DNA from: Isurus oxyrinchus | Taxonomy: Eukaryota | Direction of reading: 5' to 3' | Length of the DNA: 64,000 nucleotides | NCBI GenBank assembly: GCA_026770705.1 | Contig: JANJGN010000038.1 | Span: 13,268,001-13,332,000 of the forward strand | Program-made: the position numbers and the translations under genes | The notes under the pieces: generated by a model | The model's input: the letters and a program-made list of their open reading frames with translations, nothing else | Databases searched by the model: none | What the model was told of the DNA's origin: nothing | In this document: one piece after another, positions 49,626-62,619 of the stretch | How the letters are laid out: each line of letters begins with the position of its first letter | Position numbering within the stretch: the first letter of the stretch is position 1

Positions 49626-50599
49626 TAAAACATCGTTGCCCAAATCTAGAATTTGAATTCTCTCCATTATAAAATTTCGGATACAAACACTGACATTTGA
49701 TGTTCTCAACAATTACGAGGTAAATTGAGTGACAATTATAATATATACGGGTAGGGCTTTATTGGCATTCAGTTAGATCATGGCTGATGAGCACCTTAAC
49801 TTCATTGTTCCGCATTGGCTCAAGATCCTTTTTGACTTTATCTGTAATGGCAATATTTGCAGCGATTTGTCTAAATGAAATGTTAGAAACAATGGGAACT
49901 TATGCTCATTGCTAGTCATGTGGAGATTGCATGTTCTCAACAATACAGTTAATATTCACTTTTGTTTTAAATTTTGCTACAGTGTTATTATTTAGTCACC
50001 ATTTTATGCTCTGTACACGCAAAGACTTAGAATATAATAAAATGAACTGTGTGATACCGAAGCTCACCGTTGTTTTTTTTTTAAATGAGTGTCCCGCAAT
50101 TATTTCTAACGTTTGTTTTGCTTATACACTTTGTTCAAGTTTTCGTTTGCTCCAATAATTAGGTTAATGAAACTCACCCGTAAATATCATTAATTATAAA
50201 ACATCAACAATAGAAATAATGAGAGGTGCAATTCAATTGAACAACGAGCTTTCAATCTCCATTTATTATTGCAGCTTTTTAAATGACTAGAGCAACATGG
50301 GCTTGGGTGGATGAAGGGAACTTGAGAAACAATCTGGATCATTTAGTACGTCTAATTATTCAGCAGTATATCAGATATTTAAAAACTGTACACATATATT
50401 CTTAGTTATTGAGTATTCACTCTTAGCAGCTATGTTCTGATAATTATTCTGTTGAATTAAGAATCATAAATTTACTGAAGTGACGCTTCTGATTCAATAT
50501 AGTTAATTTAATTAAGTGAGTTCTGTGGGAACACGGCTTGAGACGAATAGGCCGTTGTACAACAAGGGACGAGAGATTAGTCCCGAACTTGGAGCAGCT

Positions 50600-52660
50600 G
50601 GGAATCATTGATTTATGCATGGCAAGTTGGCGACTCTGGTTATGCCAGTTATTATTGACCACCCAAAATTGCCCTTGAAAGGTGGTGATGTGTAAAAGCA
50701 TTTATGTCAGGAAGGCACTTAGAGGGCTTTGGGCTAGCAGCATTGGTGGAACGGCGACATATTTCCAGGTTAGTGTGGCGTGTGGTTTGGAGGGGAACTT
50801 ACAGTTGGTGATGTTCCATTTCATCTACAGCCTTTGTCCTTCAATGTGGCAGGTTTGGATCGTGCTGTCGATGGAGGCTTGGTGAGTTGCTGAAGTTCAT
50901 TTTGTGTGATACATACTGTTCTCATTAACTGTCGCTGAAGGAGGGAATAAATGTTTAAGGCGGTGGATAAGGTGCCATTGAAGAGGGCACCATTTCGCGG
51001 ATGCTGCCGAGTTTCTTGAGTGCTGTTTGAGCTGCTTTCATCTGGGCAAGTGGACAATATTCCATCACACTCCTGACTCGTGCCCTGCAGATCGTGGACA
51101 GCTCTTGGGGGGTAATGAGGTGAGTTTTTCACTGCAGTGTTCCTAGTCTGTGAACTGCTCCTTTCTCCAAATTATTCATCTGGATGGTACAGTTCAGTTT
51201 CAGTCCAATAGTAATCCCCTCAATGTTGTTCCCCAATGATATTGGGGAATTCCGTGATAGTCATGTCATTGATTGTCAAACAGAAATGTTTGGATTCTCT
51301 CATTTTAGGGATGGCCATTACCTAAAAATGGTATTTAACGACTGTTAGTTTCAACTTATCAGCCCAGGTCTAGATGTTATCCTGTTCTTGCTGACCAAAG
51401 TCAAGAGCTGCTTCAGTACCTGTGGTGCAGATTTTCGTGTTGAACCTTGTACAATCATCAGCGAACATCCCCACTTCTGACCTTAAGATGGAAGGAGGGT
51501 TTTTGAGGAAGCAGCGGAAGATTTTTGGGCCGAGACCATTACCCCAAGGAACACTTTAAGCAATATCTTGGGACTAAGATGATTGTCCTTCAAAAATCAT
51601 AATAATCTTCTTTTGTGTTAAGTATGACTCTCACCAGTTTCCCATTGACTGCAATTTTTTTAGGGCTCCTTGATGCCACACTCGGTAAAATGGTGGCTTG
51701 ATGTCAACAGCAATCACTCTCACCTCAACTCTTGAGTTTAATCCTGGTTCATATTTGGATCAAGAATGTAATGGCGTTCAGAGCTGAGTATTGATGATGC
51801 AACCCAAACTGAGCGTCAGTGAGCACCTGTTTATGACACTGTTGAAAACACCTCCCATCAGTTTGTTGATAACCAAGAGTAAACTGATGGTGGGGTAATT
51901 GGCCGGGTTGGATTTTTCCCTTCATTTTGTTCCCGCGCTCAAATTGGGCAACGTTCTGCTTTCCAGGGTATATGCCAGTGGATCATCTTGGTTAGGGGTA
52001 TAGCTAATTCTAGAGGACAAGACTTCAGCACGATTGCTGGAATGTTGTCAGGGCCCCAAACCTTTGCAGTTTTGAGCGCTATCAGCAGTTTCTTCATGAA
52101 GTGGGGTGAATCGAATTGGCTGAAGGCTGGCTCTTCTGATGCTGCTGACATCAGGAACAGGGAGAGGTCAACCATCCACTGGGAATTTCTGGCTGAAGAT
52201 TGTTGCAAATGATTCAGCATTGTCTTTTGTATTGATTTGCTGGGCTCGCCCATTATTGGTGATGAGAATATTTACGGATTCTCGTTGTCTTGTTAGTTGT
52301 TGACTTATCCAAGCGCTTTTATGACTAGATGTGGCAGGACTACAGACCTTAATATGATACGTTTGTTGTGGGATCACTTACATCTTTCTCTCTCACATGC
52401 TGTTTCTGCTCTTTGGCAATCAAGTATCTTGTGTTCTCACTTCGCCATGTTGTCACCTCAATTTTTGGTCTGTCTGATTCTGTCCAAGCCATGACATCCT
52501 CCATTCTTCATTCAATCAGAGTGAATCCACTAATTTGATGGTAGTGGTGCAGTGGACTATTTGCCGGGCCTCGAGGTTATAGATTGTGGTGCCTCATGAA
52601 TGTCCAGTTTAAATTGCAAGATGTGCTGTAAATCAATCCCAAATAGCACGGTAGTAAGTG
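50600..52660 (-). mobile_element. CR1/L2-clade LINE fragment (antisense)
   Basis: Minus-strand KVWGPDNIPAIVLKSC, AESFATIFSQK; related to 57010-58350. Confidence 0.75.
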
Positions 52661-53959
52661 CCATACAAGAGGAATCTCTCTGCTAAGTGTTTTGCAAGAT
52701 AGAATTTAGATTAGCAGTCACTCTCTGATCTGAAACCTAGGCATGCTAGTTAAGAAGCCTAGTTAACAGAAACGCCTATGTCACTTTCAGTTATCAGTCA
52801 GCCAACTGAAAGGTGCTACGTGAATAGATGTTACTTACTCTAGCAGAAAGCTGACTCAGCAGTTGCATCTTGGTTTGAGCCATCTGCTCTCGAGAGAAGT
52901 ATACAGAGTGAGACGACAAAGTGAGGTGACAAGCCTTGCCTGCGACGAGGAACAAATGCCAATTTTGGAATTTGGTGTAAGTGGGAAATCGGTGCAAAGG
53001 GCGAAGGAGGTGTCCGTTTTGTACCATACTAGGACCTTCAGTAGCTGGTAGGTTTTTTTTTTGCCAAAAAGCTATGGGGCATAGCTTTCTATTAGTTCAG
53101 TTGTATCAATTAGTATCTAATTGAATTTTTAATTAAATAAAATTATTCAGACATGACAGTGATGCTTGCGTGCCGTAACTCAAAAACGTCAGAATCTGTG
53201 GAATGATTGCAATTGCAAAAAAATAAATCTGTGGCAATTGACATCGCCTCTGATCTGTTGAGCAATGTTATGGTTTCTGCAGTACACAGATACCTCAACC
53301 AAGAAGATTGGAAACACAATTATGTGGGCTCTTTTATTTCAAGGGGTGAAACCACATGCACCAATCTCTGCAGGTCCTGTCTCTCGGACTGCTCATATCA
53401 TCAGCGTGATAATTAATTGAGCATACACATCACAAACTCTCTGATGTGTACAGTAGTTTTAGATACGCTCCTTAAAGGCATTCCACAACAAGCAGCTGCC
53501 AGAGTCCCAGACTTTGCGTAGCGTCAGAGAGGGGGGATTGCTACCCGGACATTGTGTTTCAGGAGGCACTCTCGCCCCTTTAGGTCAGGTAGAAAGTTAG
53601 AGTCTTTCAATGACCAGGGACAGCGGGTTATGAATGTGAAATAGGCAGGGATCAGGATGCTGTGGATACTGATGTTGGGTGCTGAGCCCATGAATTTGCC
53701 CAAGGGACCGAGGTTCTTGTGACCTATTTGAATGATCAGAAAGACTGCAGTTTGCAGAACAAACGGATGATGGCACTAGCATGCAGGATAACATTCAGTG
53801 GGTGTGGGGCTGGTAAGGGGCAGCGGAGTGGGGTAGTGGAAATAAATGTAGTACAAAGTACAGTTAGGTGTAGACGCTGTCATTTGCAGCTTCGGCTTGA
53901 AGCTCAGAAGGTTGTGCTTATTCTCTGAGAGAGTAACATGTACTGTCGATGTAGGTAAA

Positions 53960-55152
53960 CTAGTGAATATACTGTACTCAGATTTGCAGAAGGCATTTGA
54001 TAAAGTGCCAGATCAATTATTATTGCGTAAAATAAAGGCTCTCATGGTATAAGGGATAACATATTGGCATGGGTAGAATATTGACTAGCTAACGGGAAGC
54101 AGAGAGGAGGCATAAATGAGCCTTTTCAGCTTGGCAGAATGCAACGAGTGTTGTGCCACAGGGGTCAGTGCTGGGAGTTCACCTGTATATAATTTTATAA
54201 ACATGACTTCGATGAAGTGATGGGTGGGAATGTTGGCAAATTTGCTGATGCTACAAAGATAGGTCAGAAACTCAGTTGTGAAGACGACATAACGAGGCTA
54301 CAAAAATACAAATAGGTTAATTGAGTAGGAACAGATCTGGCAAATGTAGTATAATGTGGGAAAATGTGAAATCGTCCATTTTGTCAGGAAGAATAAAAGA
54401 GAGGCACATTATCTAAATGTTGAGAGACTGTAGAACTTTGAGGTGCCGAGTGATCTGAGTGCCTTAGTGCATGAATCACAAAAGGCTAGTATGCAGCACA
54501 TCAAGGAATTAGAAAAACTAACAGAATGTTATCAATAATTGGGAGGGAATTGATCACAAAAGTGAGGAGGTTATGCTTCAGTTATTCAAGACACTAGTGA
54601 CACCAGACCAGGACTGCTGTACACAGTGTTCATCACGTTTTTTTGAGGAAGGATGTAAATATGTTGGAAGCAGTTCAGAGAAGGCTTACAGGCTAATACA
54701 TGGAATGGGAGGGTTATCTAATGAGGATATGTTGCAAAGGCTACGCTTGTATCCGCTGAAGTTTAGAAGAATAAGAGGCGAATTGGCTGAAACATAGAAT
54801 GTCCTGAGGGGTCTTGACAGGCTGGACGTGGAGAGGATGTTTCCTCTTGTAGGAGAATCAGTAACCCAAGGTAACTGTTAAGAAATAAGGAGTCACAAAT
54901 TTCAAATGGAGATGAAGCGATTATTATTTTCCTCCAGAGGGTCATGCGACTTTGGCACTCTCTTCTGGAAAAGGCGTTGGAAGAAGAGTATTTGAATATT
55001 TTAAAGGATCAGGTGGATATTTGGTTGGTAAGCATGGGGGCAGTTGGGATACAGTTTTGAGGTTACAATCAGATCAGTCATTGTCTTATTGATTGGCGGC
55101 GCAATTTCAAGAGGCCGAATAACCTACTCCTGCTCCTTGTTCTTATGTTCGC
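53960..55152 (+). mobile_element. CR1-type LINE 3' portion inserted in an older CR1 5' region (about 53050-57000)
   Basis: gatttgcagaaggcatttgataaagtgcca (DLQKAFDKVP), FADA motif, 3' tail ttcttgttcttatgttc-like; flanks resemble decayed CR1 ORF1/endonuclease. Confidence 0.75.
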
Positions 55153-57009
55153 ATGACAGCCAGATCCCAGGGGGAGGGACAGGGCCTCGCGCCTTCAGGC
55201 AAAGGTGGAGTGGTGGCGATGAGGGCTGGGGAAATGGGGAGATCCAGTTACTGCAATAGAATTAGGGATCATATTCTTAAGAGATCAGTTAGCATCGAAA
55301 TTAAAAAGCAGAACATCAAAGCCAATCTGACTGACATGATATTAGCATAGGTACAAACAGAATAGAGAATTCATTTCCTGGCCCAAAGAATTGTGTGTGA
55401 ATAAGGGGTCTCAATTCATGGGCTAGCGGCACAAGCACTCATTAAAGACAGGATTGTTCAATTGGCACAGGCTCTGCTGAAACAGGGCTCGTGGCAGTGT
55501 CATGATGAACTGTATAACTAGGGTTTCTGGTAGATCGTCAAATGTAGGGTGGGAGCAGATCCGTGTGAAGGGAGATATAAAAATGTGAAGATAATGGAAG
55601 GCAATGGAACAAACTAAAAACCAGAAGAGCGCTTCAGGAAGGTGCAAAGAGTTGAAAAGTAATCCTGCATCAGAAAGTGAAAAAATAACTTTCAAGCAAT
55701 AGTAGCCAACATGAAATTAACTTATCCTTATCAGAATGCAGAAAAACAACCACAATAGGATAAGTCGATGAGCTACTGTCACAAATCGAGATAAATGATT
55801 AACAGCTATCCTTCAATTCAGAAATATAGCTGCACAGTGAACAAGGTTGTGGAATAAATATTCCGGGCTACGCAATATTTCTAAAATGCAAACCGAATTG
55901 CCAAGGGGGACTGATAGTAAATGATGACAAAAGGACCTTAGTGAGCAAGGGCCTTGGATCAGAAGACCATGCAGGGGAAACTGGTTAGGTAAATATTTTG
56001 GACAAAGAGAGTTAGTAAACGCTGGTAGGAGGAACTGAAACATCGAGGAGGAGAAGCTAACAGTTGCACAGAGCATTAAACAAGAAATTATTGGAACGTG
56101 TCACAAAGGCAATTTAATAAAACTGAGGAACGTTAATCCTCATAAACATAGGGCATAACAAAGTGACAAGGGTCGTCAAGAAGATGAGTATTTCTTGGAA
56201 CAATGCTTTGCAGAAAATGAGACAAAGTTAACTTGTAATCTCGTTGTGAAAGAACCGCTGGGAGCTCGTGATCGTAATGCAGTTAACTTCCACGTTACGC
56301 ATGAGAGCGACATATTGAACCAAACAGTAATATTCAATTTAAACAAAACCAATTCTTTAGGAATGATGAGAGGGCTGGATAAGTGTGGTTGGGAAATAAA
56401 ATTTCAGCTATGGTAGTAAATAAACAGTGGGAACCATTTCAAGGAACAATTCAGATTTTTGGACAAAATTTATTCTATTACAAAACTAAAACCTTAACAA
56501 GAAAAATCACATCCAAGTAGTACTCGGGAAGTTAAGATAGTATCAGATTAAAAAGAAAAACTTAAGATGTTGCAAAGAGTAGGAGGAAGGCTGAGGATTG
56601 AAATTGTACAACAAAGCATGAAACGGTCAGCCGAAAGTTGTTAAAAAGGGGGGAAAGCATTCAATTTCAGAGAAACTAGAGCATAAAAACAGATTGTAAA
56701 AACTTTCACAAGTTAAAAAAATGAAAGTAGCTGAAGTAAACACTAGTGTCAGGGGAAATTGTTATAAGGAATGATGAAATGTCAGAGTTACTGAACAGAT
56801 AGGTTGTGCGCTGCTTCACAATGGAAATCACAAGATGCTCACAAGAAATATTGGTTAACACAAGTGCTTATGAGAATGAAAAAATTAAGGTAATTTATAT
56901 CAACAGAAAAATTACTGAAGAGAAAAAAACGGAAGTCCGACAAGTTCCCAGGGCCTGATGTCTTATAGCCTAGGCACCTAAAAGAGACAGTGGATGACCT
57001 GGCATTTAA

Positions 57010-58350
57010 TTTTCATTCACAGGATGTGCGTTTCGCTGGCTGGGGCAGCATTTATTGCCCATTCCTAAATCCCCTTGAACTGGTGAGCAGCTTTATGGAA
57101 ACTCTGCAGCCCACAGCTTATGTGCTTGGAAGGTGCAATCGAAGGAGACTTGTTGCATTCCTGCAGTGCATCTAGTAGATGGTGCACACACCTGCTACTG
57201 TGCTGTAGCGGGTAAATGTTCACAGATGTGATGCCAATTAAGTGGGCGGCTTTGCCTGGATGGTCTCCAGCTTCTTGAGTGCTGTGGGAGCTGCACTCAT
57301 GCAGGCAAGTGGAGAGTATCCAATCACACTCTTGATTTGTGCTTTGTAGATTGGTGGACTGATTTTGGGGAGTCAGGAGGTGAGTTTCTCGTCTCAGGAT
57401 TCCTAGCCTGTGGCCTGATCTTGTAGTCAAAGTATTTATATGCCTATTCCAGTTCAATTTCTGGTCAATGTTAACCCCCAGGTAGTTGATACCTGGGGGA
57501 TTCTGCTATGGTAATGCCATTGGTAATGATTGGTGGCTAGATTCTCCCTTGTTGCAGATGGACATAGCCTATCATTTGATTAGCGCGGTTGTATCTTGCT
57601 ACTTGTCAGTCCAAGCCAGCTTACTGCCCAGGTCTTGCTACATATGGACACGAACTGCTTCAGCATCAGAGGAGTCACGAATTGTGTATTAACATTGTGG
57701 AATCATCAGCAAACACCCCCACCTCTGACCTTATGATGAATGGAAGGACATTGATGAAGCCGCTGAAGATGGTTGGACTGGGATCACTACCCTGAGCAAC
57801 TCAGTGTTGTAGATTAACTGGAACAGCTTGACTAGTAGCATGGCAAGTTTTGGAGTACGAGTCTTCAGTACTATTGACGGAATATAGTCAGGGGCCATCG
57901 CCTTCGTATAATCCAGAGCCTTCAGCCTTTTCTTGAGATCACGTGGAGTGAATCGAATTGTCTGGAGACTGGCATCTGTGATTATAGGGACGTGCAGACG
58001 AGGCCAAGATGGGTCATCCACTGGGCACCACTGGCTGAAGATTGTAGCAAATGCTCCAGCAGTATCCATTGCACTGATCTGCTGGGCTCCTCCATCATTG
58101 AGGATGGGAATTGTTTGTGCAGCCTCCTCCTGCAATGAGTTGTTTAATTGTCCACCACGATTCACGACTGGATGTGGCAGGACTGCAGTAATTAGATCTG
58201 ATCCATTGGTTGCGGTATGGCTTAGCTGTGCCTATCACTTGCTAATTATGCTGTTTGGCACCCAAATAGTCCTGTGTTTTAGCTCCCCCTTGTTGACACC
58301 TCTTCTTTAGATGTGCCTGGTACTGCTACTGACATACCCTCCTGAATACT
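57010..58350 (-). mobile_element. CR1/L2-clade LINE fragment (antisense) abutting the duplication breakpoint
   Basis: Minus-strand IRFTPRDLKKRLKALDYTKAMAPDYIPSIVLKT; MNWNRHINTL...RLGILRR. Confidence 0.8.
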
Positions 58351-58806
58351 TCTCTGACTCCGCCCCCATTTTCCTGATGATCTCTTAGGTTAGCTTAGCT
58401 TCTGAACTGCAAGTGATTCGAGCCTGAGTCCACCCTTCTATTCATAAAGGGGCCGAGTTCGCCTTCTAAATAGATTTTTGATTATTTTGGTGTCATTGGC
58501 TGCTAAAAGTGAAAGAGCAAACTTCAATCACATGTGATTGATCATTTTTCATGGAAAGGTGAAATTGATGCATGCATTATCATTTAAAATAGCTCCTCTG
58601 TCCTAGGTGCCATGTATGACCTCTATTGTCACCCGCAACAAGCATCCCCGTGTTTTCGGAAAATTACTTGAATCGACTTAAGGTCTTTTCATGATCCGTT
58701 ACTTTGACTTCCAATGCTGCATTCCCCTGCCAGCTGCCGCCTTTGTGTTATATCTGGTCTATATTCAACCTGATCTCATTCATAACACACAGTTTATTTA
58801 TTCTAG

Positions 58807-58964
58807 ACATTCCCCAAATATAGGAATCTCTGGAAGACCAATTTGAAGAGGAAGACGGATCAGAAAACTTCGACGAGAATGTCGGCACTGCATCAACAGT
58901 AGTTGCTGTCGTCACTTTGTTCATTCTAAGTATGATATACAGCTCGTACGTGACAGTCCTTAAG
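58807..58964 (+). pseudogene. IgNAR: Duplicated orphan IgNAR TM1 exon with in-frame stop
   Basis: Same length (158 nt) and splice sites as 40458-40615, 20 mismatches by manual count; (D)IPQI*ESLEDQFEEEDGSENFDENVGTASTVVAVVTLFILSMIYSSYVTVLK with TAG at 58821-58823. Confidence 0.9.
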
Positions 58965-61900
58965 GTAATGATGGCTCACAATAGTACCATGAAACTGTGT
59001 AAATTTACTGAGCAGTTGAGTTTCTTCCCGAGATTTAGCAAAGATACAGATGAAGAACTGAAAATTTCAGTATTTGCATAATTTCAACCTTTCCCACAGC
59101 GTCAGGTTGAGTTTCAATAGTAATTTCCAACGACATATTTTATAAGCCTCCCTAATATGAAGATTGAGGAGAAGACATGATGCATAATAATATTATTGCC
59201 GCATTAAGGAGACGAATATGTCAATAATGAAAAAAAGATGCATTGTTTCTAGATTCTGGATCTTTAGCCTAATGATCCGAAACAGATGCTGATGTGATGT
59301 CAAATCCCTGAAAGCATTGAGCATGAGTTTTCTGAAGTCACGAGACGTTTTCTCTGAGAGAAATGGTTTGCATGTCAATCTGGATCACTCTAAAGAGATG
59401 AAGAAAGTATTGATTGCAGATTGATGGGAGATGGATCAATGTGAATAGATGATAAAATCATTTATTATGATTGCTGGGAGGTGGAATACAGTGCGGGTTG
59501 AGGAAAGCACTATCTCACAAGTATCTGAGGTTAATCACCGTGAAATGATTAGGAAAGTCTAACCTCTGAAATGATGGGAAATGGATCACTGTGGAGAAAC
59601 GAGGTAAACAGTGACTATGGAAGGAAATGAGGTGATGTGGCCGTTGGAGAGATGAAAACAAACATTGACTATGGAAGATTACTGAACAGGAACATTGTAA
59701 ACAGGTGAGAAGGGAATTGACTACGGAACTAATGGAGAAACTGTTAGCTTTAAATCGATAAGCAAATGATACAAGATGAAGGTCGGTGGGCACAAAGATC
59801 CACAATGATAGAAAAATAAATTATAGATGTCGGATTCAATTTTAGCAAATGACAACTGTTAAGGTTAGGATTAAACCGAAGAGGAAACATTATGTCAAGA
59901 AGAAGACAAAGGGAACTTTGACAGCTGGGTGCTCACCCTCCTCCGCCATTCATTCAGATTGTGGCTGATCTGTGCTTTAGCCAAGTAAGCACACCTTGCC
60001 TTCGTGTTTATTCATATGCCTAACTAACAAATTTCTGTCATACGCAGTTGTAAGCATTTAAATTGGCATTCAACCACAACATTTCTATCTCCATTTGGGC
60101 TGACGGAGAGAGTCTGAGATTGTGTCCAGACAATGTGTAATGAAGTGTTGCCTCGATTCGTCCCTGAAATACCTAACTCTACTGTTAATGTTTTTTCCAC
60201 GTTGTTGGTGTATGGTAGATTTTTGATTTTGAATTATTACGATATTAACAGCCATATCAAGTAATTATTTAAGCAAATCAATTAGATCACCCTGTAATCT
60301 TCAAGGCAACGCAAGCCGAATGTGAAGATCATGCTGGCATAATTTTAACCGTTTTATGACCGGTGTCGTTCTGGTGAATCTCTGTTCCATCCCTGCACGC
60401 ACTTCCTGATGTGGACTTCCCAGAACTGAACACAGTAACGAGAGCTTTGTACAACTGAGACAATACATCTGCTCCTTTCTATTCCACCTACCCCACGCCC
60501 TGGACTAATTCCAACTGTCCATTTGTTTCTTTAATTATTTGTACTTCTTTGCCAATAACTTTAAGGATTTAGTTGGAAAGCTAATTATTCGAGATGTTCC
60601 ATTGTATTAATCGTCTCCTTGTTAGAAAGTAACAATCGTCTATCTTTCTTAATTTCAGACTAGATGACCTCACGTTTCCACAGCGACCTTTAACTATCAT
60701 TGTGCAAAGACTACCCCAATCCCCCATTGATTTAATTTTAGAATACCACTTGCGACTTTCTACTCTTTGCTGTGCTGCTTAAATGAGCAATGTCTGCAAA
60801 CTGAGGTGTCCGGCTCTCTATTCCATCTCAAACCGTTGACAGGCATCGCAGAAAATGTGCATCCCAATTCAGAGGCCCCCCTTCCAGAGACAATTAGCTG
60901 ACAATTCTAACACTGGAAGCACTTTCCATTATTTACTAAAATCATTTCTATTCCAAGATGCCAGGTTTTCCAGTGCCTCCACATAACTGAATGTTTTAGT
61001 CCTTGTGCCATTCCAGTAATCTCATTGCTGATGTCTCCCAGACTTTACATCCTGAAGTGGAGTGCTCAGAACTGGAGACAATACTGATCTATGGTTCCTG
61101 GAATATTCCCCACCTCTGGCGCGAGGGGAGCTGGCGTGTAGGTCACTGGCATAATGTTATCCTTTTTTTTTGAACAGGGTGCATCATTGATAAGCTTCCA
61201 TTCCCCTGTAACTAGACCCATGTCAAAGCAGAACTGCAACGTTGTGTCCAGACTATCTGTAATTGTAATCCGTACTTCACTAATCCGTTTTGGATGCATC
61301 CCATCCAGCTGGGTGAATTTTTCACTTTGTGCACTGGCAGAACATTAACTTCCTCCCTTGCATCTGTGTTTCTCCTCTCCGTTTTTTCTTTCCATTGCCA
61401 TCTCCTGACTGTGACATTTGCAGCGTTCTCTTCGTTCCTAACGACATCTTCAAAGTATTAACTTTGTCCCTAAATCGCCTCCTCTGCCTCCAGAACAGAG
61501 TTACCTTTCGCTTTCTAATCAACTCACCCTTACTTTGGCTACACGTTTTCTCTTTATAGCTTTGGAAAAGGCATTTAGGCTCACATTTCTATTACCCACT
61601 AATCTATAGCCAAATGCTCTTTGCCACTTTTATTTAGTTCATAGCTCTCCCTTTGTGCACTTTCTGTAACCAAACTATCGCCACTCTGAGAACCCCCCTT
61701 GTTCATTTACTGTTTTGCTTGCTTTCATTGATTTCAATCCATCCGGAGCACATCACCTTTCCATTCCCCGAAATTAACAGCACCTCCATTGAATATTTTC
61801 ACATATGATTAGTCCTTGTAAGAATCCATGTGTACTTTAAAACTAATGATATGATCATTAGATTCTCATATTATCTCTGTCTGCTACATGCTTCACCCAA

Positions 61901-62017
61901 TTCCTGAGAACTAGATCCGTCACTGCTTCCTTCTTTGAAGAGGGATAACATACCGTGACCATGACAACTATCTTATCCATATTGCAGCAGATCCTCCATG
62001 ACGTTTTGTTTTATACC

Positions 62018-62619
62018 GGCCAGGACTTTCCCCTCGGCGATTTGGGGGCGTTGCCCAGTCGCCGAGGTGAAAATTATGCAGGATGACGTCGGGAGGATTC
62101 CCCGATGTCCTCCCGGTCCATTTAATTTTTTAGGAAGGCGGGTGGAGAACGAAATCAGCTGTCCACCCACCGACCTTCCAATGGGCAATTGAGGCCTTTG
62201 ACAGGCTGGTTTAAGTAATCAAAGATCTGCCCCTCCAACCTTAAGGCTGGCGGGCAGGCCAGGAGCCCGAGCGGGCTCCAGATTATTGATGAAACTTCAT
62301 CCACTGGACGGATGAAGTTTCATATCCGTATTGTAAAAGATTAATAAAGTGTATGTGGGCTTTATTAACATGTCCCATCTCGGATGACATTGTCACATGA
62401 GCGGGGCATGTTAATATTTTTTTAATGTTTCGAATTTTAAAGTGTTTGACACTGTCAGTATTCTCCCTGAGACAGAACATTGCCTCAGAGAGAAGTGACA
62501 GTTGCGGATTCCCTCCCACTTAAAATGGCGGCAGGCCTCGTTTCAGTGGCGGGGGTCGGCTGCACGCCCGCTGCCATGCTGGGGGGATCCGCCCACCATC
62601 CAAGGGCAACATCCTGCCC
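62018..62619. mobile_element. 602-bp non-autonomous DNA transposon (MITE, possibly PIF/Harbinger-like)
   Basis: Absent at the paralogous site (about 43703); 20-bp imperfect TIRs (15/20 match); 3-bp flanks ACC/ACT versus empty site ACT. Confidence 0.82.
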
